Below, piece after piece: positions 1-15,200 of a stretch of DNA of 64,000 nt. Every line of letters begins with the position of its first letter. The stretch's first letter is position 1. The stretch is from Neoechinorhynchus agilis (lineage: Eukaryota; Animalia; Acanthocephala), in assembly GCA_051530055.1 (NCBI GenBank), contig CM121341.1:16532784-16596783 (forward strand), read 5' to 3'. The notes under the pieces were generated by a model. That model was not told where the DNA came from. It saw only the letters and a program-made list of their open reading frames with translations, and did not search any database. A program made the position numbers and the translations under genes.

Positions 1-216
1 TCCCCCCTCGCCTCTTAAGAAAATGCAACTTTGGTTTGTATTTGTGAGACTAAGTCAGTAATTTCGATTTTTTACCGTTTAACTTAACAATGCGAAAAGT
101 ATGAACGTTAGCGCGATGCTCACTTGTAGCCATAAAAAAGACAAAGTATATTATGCTCGAAATCAAGGTCAAAAGACGAAGGGAACTCCTAAGTTCAATT
201 CATTAGATAGAAACAA

Positions 217-3200
217 TTATAAAAAATCGTTACCGCCACCGTTTTGATTCTCACCGTCAAAGCATTCCCTCCATTCCGAAGAGCGTTGAATTTCCAAAGT
301 GTATATACGACGCGAAGTGTCATATACAGTTCCCATCGAACGATCAAGACAGAATTGAGAGTCTGTGTTCTTCGAATAAATTTCTTTTGGATTATTATAT
401 GAATCAAGTAGTAAGCGATCGTCCTCGCTAGAACGTTGGAATGCCCCATCCATCACACAGTGCGAATTTTCATCATGTAACGTTTCATGCTGCCCTTGAT
501 TTTCGATCACTGTTCTCCTTTTAATCTCATCATTAACTTCATTTTTAACAAGCTCAGAATTTTCACGGCAAAATATTCCACCGTCTAAATAATATTCTCC
601 AGTAGCATCACTTAAAGGTCTCGAACAGCAATTAAAAGACCCGCGAAAATCATCAAAACCACTGCCACCATAACAATTACTGGCCAAGAGGGAGCCATCA
701 TCCAAAAACTTCATTTCATCCGTAAACGAATTCTTTCCACTATCACATGGACCAAACTCAACATTACCGCCACTAACAAGTCGAGATTCGGCGATACATC
801 GCTCGTCGCTATCAAAAAAGTAAGGAGATTCGCGGGTAAACTTTGAATGTGCAGCCTTCCTCAGGGGAGAAGCATAAGCGTGTAAAATCTTCCGTGAGAT
901 GTTAGATATTTTACTAGCTTTTAGAAATTGTTCCATAGGTTTAGATAGTTGTTTGGAATATTCACTATCACGTTCACTGGTCTCTGTCGACTCCCCAGAA
1001 TCGACACCATCACTCGATGGTTCTGCTTTGTGGATCTTAACACCCTCACCAGCATAAACCTTCTTCACTTCGGCCGAATCCTTCATTCCAGGCCTCAGAG
1101 GAATTTGAGGAGTAATTCTGCGGCCTGCAACCGAACGTATTTGAGACGGAACTAAGCGTTCAATCTTGAGATCTTTCGCTTTATCTTTGTTAGAATCCAT
1201 ATCAGATTTGGCGTCTTGTTTAAAAGAGGATTTATTGGGCGCTCGTGTAGTTTGACGACTTCTTGAGTCACCGCCTCTTATCCCCGGTTTTCCATAACTC
1301 TTGTCAGCATTCAGTAGTGATCCGCTTTGTTTGTGTAGGTCCCCGGGCGATTCACTATAACGTTCACTAGTCTCTGTCGACTCCGCAGAATCGACACCAT
1401 CACTCGATGGTTCTGCTTTGTGGATCTTAACACCCTCACCAGCATAAACCTTCTTCACTTCGGCCGAATCCTTCATTCCAGGCCTCAGAGGAATTTGAGG
1501 AGTAATTCTGCGGCCTGCAACCGAACGTATTTGAGACGGAACTAAGCGTTCAATCTTGAGATCTTTCGCTTTATCTTTGTTAGAATCCATATCAGATTTG
1601 GCGTCTTGTTTAAAAGAGGATTTATTGGGCGCTCGTGTAGTTTGACGACTTCTTGAGTCACCGCCTCTTATCCCCGGTTTTCCATAACTCTTGTCAGCAT
1701 TCAGTAGTGATCCGCTTTGTTTGTGTAGGTCCCCGGGCGATTCACTATCACGTTCACTGGTCTCTGTCGACTCCCCAGAATCGACACCATCACTCGATGG
1801 TTCTGCTTTGTGGATCTTAACACCCTCACCAGCATAAACCTTCTTCACTTCGGCCGAATCCTTCATTCCAGACCTCAGAGGAATTTGAGGAGTAATTCTG
1901 CGGCTTGCAACCGAACGTATTTGAGACGGAACTAAGCGTTCAATCTTGAGATCTTTTGCTTTACTTTTGTTAGAATCCATCCCAGATTTGGCGTCTTGTT
2001 TAAAAGAGGATTTATTGGGCGCTCGTGTAGTTTGACGACGTCTTGAATCACCGCCTCTTATCCCCGGTTTTCCATAACTCTTGTCAGCATTCAGTAGTGA
2101 TCCCCTTTGTTTGTGTAGGTCCCCGGGCGATTCACTATAACGTTCACTGGTCTCGGTCGATTCCGATGAATCGACACCATCACTCCATGGTTCTGCTTTG
2201 TGGACCTTAACACCCTCACCAGGATGATCCTTCTTCACTTCGGCCGAATCCTTCATTTCAGGTCTCCGTGGAATTTGAGGAGCAATTCTGTGGCCTACAG
2301 CCGAACGTACTTGCGAGGGGACTAAGCGTTCAATTTTGTTTTCTTTCACTTTACTTTTGTCAGAATCCATCCCAGATTTGGCCGCTTGTTTAAGAGAAGA
2401 TTTATTGGGCGCTCGTGTAGTTTGACGACTTCTTGAATCAGCGACTCTTATACCCGGTTTTTCGTAACTCCCGCCAGTTTTCAGAAGTGATTCGCTTTGT
2501 TTGTGTAGGTCCACGGACGATTCACTACAACGTTCACTGGTCACTGTAAACTCCGCAGAATCGACACCGTCACTCGATGATTCTGCTTTGTTGATCTTAA
2601 CACCCTCACCAGGGTGGAGCTTCTTCACTGCGGCCGAATCCTTCATTCCAGGCCTCAGAGGAATTTGAGGAGTAACTCTGCGGCCTGCAACCGAACGTAT
2701 TTGAGACGGAACTAAGCGTTCAATCTTGAGATCTTTCGCTTTACTTTTGTTAGAATCCATTCTAGATTTAGCGCATTGTTTATAGGAGAATTTATTGGGC
2801 GTTCGTGTAGTTTGACGACTTCTTGAATCAGTGCCTCTAATCCCCGGTTTTCCATAACTCTTGCCACCCTTCAGTAGTGATTCGCTTTGTTTGTGTAGGT
2901 CCGAGGACGATTCACTATAACGTTCACTGGTCTCTGTCGACTCCGCAGAATCGACACCATCATTTGATGGTTCTGCTTTGTGGACGTTAACACCCTCACC
3001 AGGGTGAACCTTCTTCACTTCGGCCGAATCCTTCATTCCAGGCCTCAGAGGAATTTGAGGAGCAATTCTGTGGCTGACAGGCGAACGTGCTTTAGAGGGG
3101 ACTAAGCGTTCAATTTTGTTATCTTTCACTATACTTTTGTCGCAATCCATCCCAGATTTAGCGTCTTTTTTAAAAGAGGATTTATTGGGCGTTCGTGTAG

Positions 3201-6200
3201 TTTGACGACTTCTTGAATCAGCGACTCTTATCCCCGGTTTTCCATAACTCTTGTCAGCATTCAGAAGTGATTCGCTTCGTTTGTGTAGGCCCGCGGACAG
3301 TTCACTATCACGTTCACTGGTCTCTGTCGACTCCGCAGAATCGACACCATCACTCGATGGTTCTGCTTTGTGGATCTTAACACCCTCACCAGGATAAACT
3401 TTCTTCACTTCGGCCGAATTCATCATTTCAGGTCTCAGTGGAATTTGAGGCGTAATTCTGCGGCCTGCAATCGAACGTATTTGAGATGGAACTAAGCCTT
3501 CAATTTTGTTATCTTTCACTTTACTTTTGTCAGAATCCATCCCAGATTTGGCGCCTTGTTTAAAGGAGGATTTATTGGGCGTTCGTGTAGTTTGGCGACT
3601 TCTTGAATCAGCGACTCTTATCCCCGGCTTTCCGTGACTCTTGCCGGCATTCAGAAGTGATTCGCTTTGTTTGTGTAGGTCCGCGGTCGGTTCACTATCA
3701 CGTTTACTGGTCTCTGTCGACTTCGGTGAATCGACATCATCATTCGATGGTACTGCTGAGTGGATCTTAACACCCTCACCAGGATGGACCTTCTTCACTG
3801 CGGCCGAATCTTTCTTTCCAGGCCTCAGAGGAATTTGAGGAGTAATTCTGCGGCTTGCAACCGAACGTATTTGAGACGGAACCAAACGTTCATTTTTGAT
3901 ATCTTTCACGTTACTTTTGTTAGAATCCATTCCAGATTTGGCGACTTGTTTAAAAGATGATTTATTGGGCGTTCGTATAGTTTGACGACTTCTTGAATCC
4001 GCAACGCATATCCCCGGTTTTCGGTTACTCTCGCCAGTTTTCGGAAGTGATTCGCTTTGTTTCTGTAGGTCCGCGGAGGATTCACTATTTCGTTCACTGG
4101 TCTCTGTCAACTCCGCAGAGTCGACACCATCACTCGATGGTTCTGCTTTGTCGATTTTAGCATCCTCAAGAAGATGCACATTCTCCAATTCAGCAGAATC
4201 CTTCGTCCCGGGTCTCAGTGGTATTTGAAGTCCACGTCTGCCGCCATCCATGAAATCCGTTTGAGATTGCACAAAGCTTTCAATCTGTTGATCTTTAACC
4301 TTGATTTTGTCAGAATACCTCCGGAATTTTGCGTGGTCTTCAAAAGGGGATTTGCTGGGCGTTCGTGTACTTTCACAACTTCTTGAATCAGCGTCTCTTT
4401 TCTCTGGTTTCCATTCAATCTTTCCGGCATTAAGAAGTGATTCCCTTTGTTCGTTAAGGTCCACCGGTAATTTAGATTCACCTTCACTAGGCTCCGTCGA
4501 CTCCGCAGAATCTTCCTCATCCAATGATGGTTCTGATTTGTCGATTTTAGCATCTTCAAGATGATGCACCTTCTCCAATTCAGCAGAATCCTTCTTTCCG
4601 GGTCTCAGTTGAATTTGAGGCCCAGTTCTGCCGCTGTAAATTAAACTCGTTTGAGGTTGTAAAAAGTTTTCAATCTGATGAACATTGGCCCTATTTTTGT
4701 CAGAATACCTCCAGGATTTTGCATCGTCTTGAAAAGAGGATTTTCTGGACGTTCGTGTATATTCACGGCTTCTTAAATCAGCGTCTCTTTTCCCCGGTTC
4801 ACTTTCAGTCTTGCGGGCTTTAAGAAGTGGTTCCCTTTGTTTTTTAAGGTCGGCGGGCAATTTAAATTCACCTTCAATAGGCTCCGTCGACTCCGCAGAA
4901 TCTTCCTCATACAATGATGGATCCGCTTTGTCGATTTTTGCATCTTCAAGAAGATACATCTCCAATTGTGCCAATTCCTTCTTGAATGGTCTCAGTGGTA
5001 TTTGAGGCCCAGTTCTGCTGCCATCGATTATGCTCGTTTGAGATTGCACAAAGCTTTCAATCTGATGATCTTTAACCTTGCTTTTGTCAGAATACCTCCA
5101 GCATTTTCCGTCGTCTTCAAAAGAGGATTTACTGTGCGTTCGTGTATTCTTACGACTTCTTGAATCGGCGTCTCCTTTCTCCAGTTCGCTTTCAGTCTTG
5201 CCGGCTTTAAGAAGTGATTCTCTTTGTTTTGTAAGGTCCGCCGGCAATTCAAATTCACCTTCACTAGGCTCCGTCGACTTCGCAGAATCTTCCTCATCAA
5301 ATGATGGTTCTGGTTTGTCGATCTTAGCACCTTCATGATGATGCACCTTCTCCAATTCAGCAAAATGCTTCTTTCCTGGTCTCAGTGGTATTTGAGGCCC
5401 GGTTCTGCTGGCATCGATTAAACTCGTTTGAGATGACGCTAAGCTTTCTATCTGATTATCTTTAACCTTGATTTTGTCAGAATAACTCCAGGATATGGCG
5501 TCTTCTTCAAAAGAGGATTTGCTGGGCGTTCGGGTACTTTCACTACTTCTTGAATCAGGGTGTCTTTCCTCCGGTTCCTTTTCAATTTTTCCGGCTTTTA
5601 GAAGTGATTCTCTTTGTTTGTTAAGGTCCACGGGCAATTCACCTTCACTAGGCTCTGTCGATTCCTTAATATTATAGTCATGAAAGGATTTTTCTGCTTT
5701 GTGGATTTTAGCACCTTCACCAACATTCATCTTCTCCCACTCAGCTGAATCATTTTTTCCTGGCCTCAGTAATATTTGAGGCCCGGTTCTGCTGCCATCG
5801 ATTAAACTCGTTTGAGATGGCACTAAGCTTTCTATCTGATTGTCATTAACCTTGATTTCGTCGGAATACCTCCAGGATTTTGCATCGTCTTCAAAAGAGG
5901 ATTTGCTGGGCGTTCGTGTACATTCATGACTTCTTGAAACCGCATCTCTTTTCTCCGGTTCGCTTTCAGTCTTGCCGACTTTAAGAAGTGATTCTCTTTG
6001 TCTGTTAAGGTCCGCGGGCAATTCAAATTCACCTTCACTAGGCTCCGTCGACTCCGCAGAATCTTCCTCATCAAATGAAGGCTCTGGTTTGCCGATTTTA
6101 GCACGTTCAATAGGATGCACCTTTTCCAATTCAGCAGAATCCTTCTTTGCCGGGCTCACTGGTATTTGAGGCCCGGTTCTGCTGCCATCGATTAAACTCG

Positions 6201-9200
6201 TTTGAGATGGCACTATGCTTTCTATCTGATTATCTTTAACCTTGATTTTGTCGGAATACCTCCAGGATTTGGCGTCGTCTTCAAAAGAGGATTTGGTGGG
6301 CGTTCGTTTACTTTTACGACTTCTTGAATCAGCGTCTCTATTCTCCAGATCGCTTTCAGTCTTGCCGGCTTTAAGAAGTGATTCTCTTTGTTTGTTAAGG
6401 GCTGCGGGCAATTCAAATTCACCTACACTAGGCTCCGTCGACTCCGCAGAATCTTCCTCATCAAATGAAGGCTCTGGTTTGCCGATTTTAGCACGTTCAA
6501 TATGATGCACCTTCTCCAAATCAGCAGAATCTTTCTTTGCCGGGCTCAGTGGTATTTGAGGCCCGGTTCTGCTGCTATCGATTAAACTCGTTTGAGATGG
6601 CATTAAGCTTTCTATCTGATTGTCTTTAACCTTGATTTTGTCAGAATACCTCCAGGATTTTCCGTCGTCTTCAAAAGGGGATTTGGTGGGCGTTCGTTTA
6701 CTTTTACGACTTCTTGAATCAGCGTCTCTTTTCTCCAGATCGCTTTCAGTCTTGCCGACTTTAAGAAGTGATTCTCTTTGTTTGTTAAAGTCCGCGGGCA
6801 ATTCAAATTCACCTTCACTAGGCTCCGTCGACTCCGCCGAATCTTCCTCATCAAATGAAAGCTCTGGTTTGCCGATTTTAGCACGTTCAATATGATGCAC
6901 CTTTTCCAAATCAACAGAATCCTTCTTTGCCGGGCTCAGTGGTATTTGAGGCCCGGTTCTGCTGCCATCGATTAAACTCGTTTGAGATGGCACTAAGCTT
7001 TCTATCTGATTGTCTTTAACCTTGATTTTGTCGGAATACCTCCAGGATTTGGCGTCGTCTTCAAAAGGGGATTTGGTGGGCGTTCGTTTACTTTTACGAC
7101 TTCTTGAATCAGCGTCTCTTTTCTCCAGATCGCTTTCAGTCTTGCCGGCTTTAAGAAGTGATTCTCTTTGTTTGTTAAGGGCTGCGGGCAATTCAAATTC
7201 ACCTTCACTAGGCTCCGTCGACTCCGCAGAATCTTCCTCATCAAATGAAGGCTCTGGTTTGCCGATTTTAGCACGTTCAATATGATGCACCTTCTCCAAA
7301 TCAGCAGAATCTTTCTTTGCCGGGCTCAGTGGTATTTGAGTCCCGGTTCTGCTGCCATCGATTACACTCGTTTGAGATGGCATTAAGCTTTCTATCTGAT
7401 TATCTTTCACCTTGATTTTGTCAGAATACCTCCAGGATTTTCCGTCGTCTTCAAAAGAGGATTTGCTGTGCGTTCGTGTATTCTTACGACTTCTTGAATC
7501 GGCGTCTCCTTTCTCCAGTTCGCTTTCAGTCTTGCCGGCTTTAAGAAGTGATTCTCTTTGTTTTGTAAGGTCCGCGGGCAATTCAAATTCACCTTCACTA
7601 GGCTTCGTCGACTTCGCAGAATCTTCCTCATCAAATGATGGTTCTGGTTTGTCGATCTTAGCACCTTCATGATGATGCACCTCCTCCAATTCAGCAAAAT
7701 GCTTCTTTCCTGGTCTCAGTGGTATTTGAGGCCCGGTTCTGCTGCCATCGATTAAACTCGTTTGAGATGGCACTAAGCTTTCTATCTGATTGTCATTAAC
7801 CTTGATTTCGTCGGAATACCTCCAGGATTTGGCGTCGTCTTCAAAAGGGGATTTGGTGGGCGTTCGTTTACTTTTACGACTTCTTGAATCAGCGTCTCTT
7901 TTCTCCAGATCGCTTTCAGTCTTGCCGGCTTTAAGAAGTGATTCTCTTTGTTTGTTAAGGGCTACGGGCAATTCAAATTCACCTTCACTAGGCTCCGTCG
8001 ACTCCGCAGAATCTTCCTCATCAAATGAAGGCTGTGGTTTGCCGATTTTAGCACGTTCAATATGATGCACCTTCTCCAAATCAGCAGAATCTTTCTTTGC
8101 CGGGCTCAGTGGTATTTGAGTCCCGGTTCTGCTGCCATCGATTAAACTCGTTTGAGATGGCATTAAGCTTTCTATCTGATTATCTTTAACCTTGATTTTG
8201 TCAGAATACCTCCCGGATTTTCCGTCGTCTTCAAAAGGGGATTTGGTGGGCGTTCGTTTACTTTTACGACTTCTTGAATCAGCGTCTCTTTTCTCCAGAT
8301 CGCTTTCAGTCTTGCCGGCTTTAAGAAGTGATTCTCTTTGTTTGTTAAGGGCTGCGGGCAATTCAAATTCACCTTCACTAGGCTCCGTCGACTCCGCAGA
8401 ATCTTCCTCATCAAATGAAGGCTCTGGTTTGCCGATTTTAGCACGTTCAATATGATGCACCTTCTCCAAATCAGCAGAATCTTTCTTTGCCGGGCTCAGT
8501 GGTATTTGAGTCCCGGTTCTGCTGCCATCGATTACACTCGTTTGAGATGGCATTAAGCTTTCTATCTGATTATCTTTCACCTTGATTTTGTCAGAATACC
8601 TCCAGGATTTTCCGTCGTCTTCAAAAGGGGATTTGGTGGGCGTTCGTTTACTTTTACGACTTCTTGAATCAGCGTCTCTTTTCTCCAGATCGCTTTCAGT
8701 CTTGCCGGCTTTAAGAAGTGATTCTCTTTGTTTTGTAAGGTCCGCGGGCAATTCAAATTCACCTTCACTAGGCTCCGTCGACTCCGCCGAATCTTCCTCG
8801 TCAAATGAAGGCTCTGGTTTGCCGATTTTAGCACGTTCAATATGATGCACCTTTTCCAAATCAGCAGAATCTTCTTTGCCGGGCTCAGTGGTATTTGAGC
8901 CCGGTTCTGCTGCCATCGATTAACTCGTTTGAGATGGCATAAGCTTTCTATCTGATTATCTTTACCTTGATTTTGTCAGAATACCTCCAGGATTTTCGTC
9001 GTCTTCAAAAGGGATTTGCTGTGCGTTCGTGTATTTTACGACTTCTTGAATCGGCGTCTCTTTCTCCAGTTCGCTTTCAGTCTTGCCGGCTTTAAGAAGT
9101 GATTCTCTTTGTTTTGTAAGGTCCGCGGGCAATTCAAATTCACCTTCACTAGGCTTCGTCGACTTCGCAGAATCTTCCTCATCAAATGATGGTTCTGGTT

Positions 9201-12200
9201 TGTCGATCTTAGCACCTTCATGATGATGCACCTCCTCCAATTCAGCAAAATGCTTCTTTCCTGGTCTCAGTGGTATTTGAGGCCCGGTTCTGCTGCCATC
9301 GATTAAACTCGTTTGAGATGGCACTAAGCTTTCTATCTGATTGTCATTAACCTTGATTTCGTCGGAATACCTCCAGGATTTGGCGTCGTCTTCAAAAGGG
9401 GATTTGGTGGGCGTTCGTTTACTTTTACGACTTCTTGAATCAGCGTCTCTTTTCTCCAGATCGCTTTCAGTCTTGCCGGCTTTAAGAAGTGATTCTCTTT
9501 GTTTGTTAAGGGCTACGGGCAATTCAAATTCACCTTCACTAGGCTCCGTCGACTCCGCAGAATCTTCCTCATCAAATGAAGGCTGTGGTTTGCCGATTTT
9601 AGCACGTTCAATATGATGCACCTTCTCCAAATCAGCAGAATCTTTCTTTGCCGGGCTCAGTGGTATTTGAGTCCCGGTTCTGCTGCCATCGATTAAACTC
9701 GTTTGAGATGGCATTAAGCTTTCTATCTGATTATCTTTAACCTTGATTTTGTCAGAATACCTCCCGGATTTTCCGTCGTCTTCAAAAGGGGATTTGGTGG
9801 GCGTTCGTTTACTTTTACGACTTCTTGAATCAGCGTCTCTTTTCTCCAGATCGCTTTCAGTCTTGCCGGCTTTAAGAAGTGATTCTCTTTGTTTGTTAAG
9901 GGCTGCGGGCAATTCAAATTCACCTTCACTAGGCTCCGTCGACTCCGCAGAATCTTCCTCATCAAATGAAGGCTCTGGTTTGCCGATTTTAGCACGTTCA
10001 ATATGATGCACCTTCTCCAAATCAGCAGAATCTTTCTTTGCCGGGCTCAGTGGTATTTGAGTCCCGGTTCTGCTGCCATCGATTACACTCGTTTGAGATG
10101 GCATTAAGCTTTCTATCTGATTATCTTTCACCTTGATTTTGTCAGAATACCTCCAGGATTTTCCGTCGTCTTCAAAAGGGGATTTGGTGGGCGTTCGTTT
10201 ACTTTTACGACTTCTTGAATCAGCGTCTCTTTTCTCCAGATCGCTTTCAGTCTTGCCGGCTTTAAGAAGTGATTCTCTTTGTTTTGTAAGGTCCGCGGGC
10301 AATTCAAATTCACCTTCACTAGGCTCCGTCGACTCCGCCGAATCTTCCTCGTCAAATGAAGGCTCTGGTTTGCCGATTTTAGCACGTCAATATGATGCAC
10401 CTTTTCCAAATCAGCAGAATCCTTCTTTGCCTGGCTCAGTGGTATTTGAGGCCCGGTTCTGCTGCCATCGATTAAACTCGTTTGAGATGGCACTAAGCTT
10501 TCTATCTGATTATCTATAACCTTGATTTTGTCGGAATACCTCCAGGATTTGGCGTCGTCTTCAAAAGGGGATTTGGTGGGCGTTCGTTTACTTTTACGAC
10601 TTCTTGAATCAGCGTCTCTTTTCTCCAGATCGCTTTCAGTCTTGCCGGCTTTAAGAAGTGATTCTCTTTGTTTGTTAAGGGCTGCGGGCAATTCAAATTC
10701 ACCTTCACTAGGCTCCGTCGACCCCGCAGAATCTTCCTCATCAAATGATGGTTCTGGTTTGCCGATTTTAGCATGTTCAATATGATGCACCTTCTCCAAA
10801 TCAGCAGAATCCTTCTTTGCCGGGCTCAGTGGTATTTGAGGCTCGGTTCTGCTGCCATCGATTAAACTCGTTTGAGATGGTACTAAGCTTTCTATCTGAT
10901 TATCTTTTACCTTGATTTTGTCAGAATACCTCCAGGATTTGGCGTCTTCTTCAAAAGTGGATTTTCTGGGCGTTTGTGTACTTTCACGACTTATTGAACC
11001 AGCCTCGCTTTTCTCCGGTTCCCTTTCAATTTTTCCGGCTTTTAGAAGTGATTCTCTTTGTTTGTTAAAGTCCGCGGGTAATTCACCTTCACTATGCTCT
11101 GTCGAATCCGTAAAATTATCTGCATGAAAGGAATTTTGTGCTTTCTGGATTTTAGCACCTTTACCAACATTCATCTTCTCCCATTCAGCGGAATCCTTTT
11201 TTCCTGGTCTTAGTGGTATTTGAGACCCAGATCTGCTGCCATCGATTAAACTCGTTTGAGATTGCACAAAGCTTTCAATCTGTTGATCTTTAACCTTGAT
11301 TTTGTCAGAATACCTCCAGAATTTTGCGTCGTCTTCAAAAGAGGATTTGCTGGGCGTTCGTGTACTTTCACGACTTCGTGAACCAGCCTCGCTTTTCTCC
11401 GGTTCGCTTTTAGTCTCGCCGGCTTTAAGAAGTGATTCTCTTTGATCGTAAAGGTCCGCGGGCAATTTAAATTCTCCTTCACTGATCTCTGTGCTCTCTT
11501 TGGGTGTCTTTGTACCTTGGAATTCTCGAGACCGTTTCTTATTTGGATCGTCTTCAATTATGCCTCCTTTACTCGTTTGATGGAACACAGGCTGGGATCG
11601 TGTTGATGACAATGCCCTGTCATTCGTTTGTGCTTTATCGTAAATTCTACTCTGTAATGCCCAACTGCCTCGTGGTCTTTCATAAGGTTCAGATCGCTTT
11701 GGCGCTTCATCCCATCTACTAATACGATTGAATGTTTTGACTGCCTGTTCATTTTTCACCATATTTTTGGGCGTTAGTGGTTTTACATGGGCTAAAGTGG
11801 CGCTTGACATCGATGTGTCTTCTTTTTCCATTCTTAGGTCAGACAGCCCTGTATGATGATGATCGGTGAGCGTTGTGTTTCCCTCAGGAGACGACAATTC
11901 TGCTATATCCATAAATCGTATCCTACTGTGAAACTTTCTTGGCGTAGTCATCGCCTCTGGTTTTAAGTTTGAAGGATACTCGGTTAGATTATAACTCGAG
12001 TTGCATAATTCGGGGTACGATAATTCTATTATATCCATGGACCGCGCATTACGCTTCGATTTTTTTGGTTTTGCTGTCTGTTTGTAATTGGACATCTTGA
12101 TTTTATCCGAGATGTCCACATCATCGTTCAAACTTTTAAGGCTCATTTTGCTTATATTCCTAGTCAGCGGTTCTCCCGCGACCTTTGGCATTTGCCTGGA

Positions 12201-15200
12201 TGATGCCTTTATCGCCAAATCTTTATTCGATTCTTTGTCCGTATTTTCATGGACAAAATTCGTTCTTTCAATGCTGTTATTTGAGACTTTTCTTGTTTTA
12301 TCGACATGCATTTGTTGAGTTTTTAAGCTTGGAGATTCAAATAATACGGGTAAAACTTCTTGAATAACACCGGCGTCTTTGGCGTCACTCGCTGAAGTTA
12401 GCCAGTGTTCGCCTTTCACATGAGTGCTGACTTTGTTCACTTCTTTAATAATTCTACCACTATCAAGTATTGGCTCTTCTCGCGAATTTGAAGACTCTTG
12501 CAAGATCAATAAATCCTCTAGAACGGTGCTAATGGTTTTATCTCCTGCGTTAACAATTGCTCGATAATCGTCTTTAATCTTCAACTCCAATTTAGCATCA
12601 CTGTTGTCGATCCCGTTGAGTTTGTTCCCGGACTTTTCCAATACTTCTTTGGTCTGCAATTCTTTTAAACTCTTGGATTTTGGTAATGATAAATACTGTT
12701 TTAGGGTACCTCTTGCGATTTCATCGAGACTAATTACGCTTTCTGGTTGGTCTCCTTCAAGATCATGTTTTACTTCGGCTTTCGTTGCACTTTTACACGT
12801 TATGTCGCTTTGAGTCTTCGTAAGATACTTATTCTGCGGGTCGAGCGTTTTGAATGATAAACTTGATTTAAAATTTAGCTCACTGTCGCTTAATTTGGCC
12901 ATGTCTCCTTTACTCTCAATTTTTTTGGAGTGCAGCGCCTCCATTTTGATTAGCTTCCGCTCATTTCCATCCACGTCTTTATGTGATGGTTCAAATTGAT
13001 GAAATGCAACAGTGGAACTTATAGTGGTTTCGGAAACATCTTTCAATTCCTCTTGTTTTATTTTTATGTCTAGAAATGCTTCTGGGCCAGGCGGCTTTTG
13101 TATCGTCGATTGATTGTCCTTTATTTTGTCCTCGGAAATGACATTATTTTGAAAGGCATCTTCCAATTTTATTTTCCCGTGCACTTTAAGACTTGCTTCC
13201 ATTCGACGGTCTACAGTGGCCGCTAACCTTTGTGTTGTTTGAGACATTTGTGTTATTTCAATCAACCCGCTTTCCATTTTTACTTTCCCTTCTAATGATA
13301 ATTGAGACCCATATTCGTCACGATTGACGGCACCATTTTTCGGATCCAACTCTTGCTGGTCGTTAGTTTTCAATGGTAAGTTAGGAGATTTGCTTCCAAC
13401 GCAGATTTCAATGATTTGGTTCTTCACTTTCTCGCCTATGGCCGAAACTAATGTTCGTTCAGCTGACGGAATTTCTTTCAAAACTCCTAAAACAGTTTCA
13501 GATGATTTGACATGTTGCACATTTGACTTTTCCAATCGTTCTAAAGACATAATTTGCGTAGCTGAAGAAGTTTCATTGATAATCACAGCCGTCGGTTTAT
13601 AAATTTTAAATTCCAAACTTTGAATTGCTTTCACAATATTTAGGCTACACTTACGAATGGCATTTTGCAAATTATTAGAATCTCCTTCTAGGGATTGCTT
13701 CGTTATTTCATCTTTGCGCATTTTTACCAAATTTTTAATTTGATTTTTAATGTGTTTTTCAATATCGCTGCTACCTTTGCACTTTATGTTGAAATCGATC
13801 TGACTCGAAGACAGCGACTCCATCAATATCCTTGACGAAGTTTCGGGCTTAAATTCTTTATTTCCGTCTTCGGTTAGCACTTGGTATTCATGCCGAGATT
13901 CTGACGATATCTCAGTCAGTCCTTCACTATGGCCCATCAATCCAATAATATTTTCCTTCAAACATTGCGTCACAACGTCGATTTTAGTACCGTCCACGGC
14001 GATACTTCGTGAATTTTTCGGTGTTTCCAACTCATTTGTGCCTTGAAGTTCTTTTACCAATTCCTCAGTTGGAAAAATCAGGTTTCCTTCGTCTCTTAAT
14101 AAAGTGCCTACGCCTATTTGATGATCTATTGCTACCGCCCAATCCTCAGAATGAAGTAAAGCCGCTTCACTTTTATTATTTGGAATCGTTTGAGATTGAA
14201 GAAGGCCATTTTGTGTATTTAAGCTTTGTATATCAAATTCGTCTTTTTCTGCGCTTGACTTCTTTTGTCGATTTTGAAATTCATGAATTATCACTACGCC
14301 TTTACCAGTTTTAGACTCTATTTGCTGATGTATCATATCCTTGTGCTTGAAGGAAGGTCCAGGTGTTTTGGATCCGTATTGAATTCCATTTAAAGCATTT
14401 AATTCTTCGTTGTGCTCATTTTCAATTTTTACTTGAATTCGTGACTGACTATCGTCATCCGCTCGGTACATTTTTTGCTTCATTTCTCTCATGGTTCCAT
14501 TTAATAATTCCCCCTTTCGCTGGGATGTTGTCCACTTAGATATTGCTTTATAAGCCTTTCCATTGTCATCTATTTCTTTTGTTGGGGAAGCAAAATCGCT
14601 CTGTAATTTATGTTGGTCGAGTGTTTTTATTGTATCCTTTTCGGAGGTTTGTTGGGTGCCGTGGCAATTGAACTTTATTCCTGTCTCTTTATCAAGCTGC
14701 AATTGATGGATACCATTCAGGTTTTGCATTTTAACATCTTTCTTTTCCATATCCTGATCATTAGAGTTGGCGTTTGATAGAATCGATTTAAAATCTTTCA
14801 GATCCATGCCAAAATGTTTTTCATCTCTTTGTGAATGCGGCTTCACTTTTGCTAACCTTTCCATGTCGTGGTCGTCAGATTTTGCACCATATTTTTGACT
14901 TAATTCGAGGTGTGCTGGTCTGTCGACTACAACCTCAAAAAACGTCGTTTTCATGCCCATCGCACTATCCGCTTTCATATAATTATCCATTTCTTGTAAT
15001 CTTATTTGCCCCTTCACTTCACCGATATCTGAAACCAGTTCATTTTTATTGGTTACAGAGGAACAAAGTGTATCGCTAGAAGATTGCTCACTGTGATTTT
15101 TTGGTCTTCCTTCAATTTTTTTCTCGGTATGTTCCTGTGAAACTGTTTTTGAGTTCAATACATGTCCAGATTCCTGTCTAACCATTCGCAATTTTTTCGT

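Noticed and set aside
949-11557. Dozens of 60-130 aa antisense and alternate-frame ORFs in the array
   Set aside because: They recur at the 390-bp period and are shadows of the main coding repeat.
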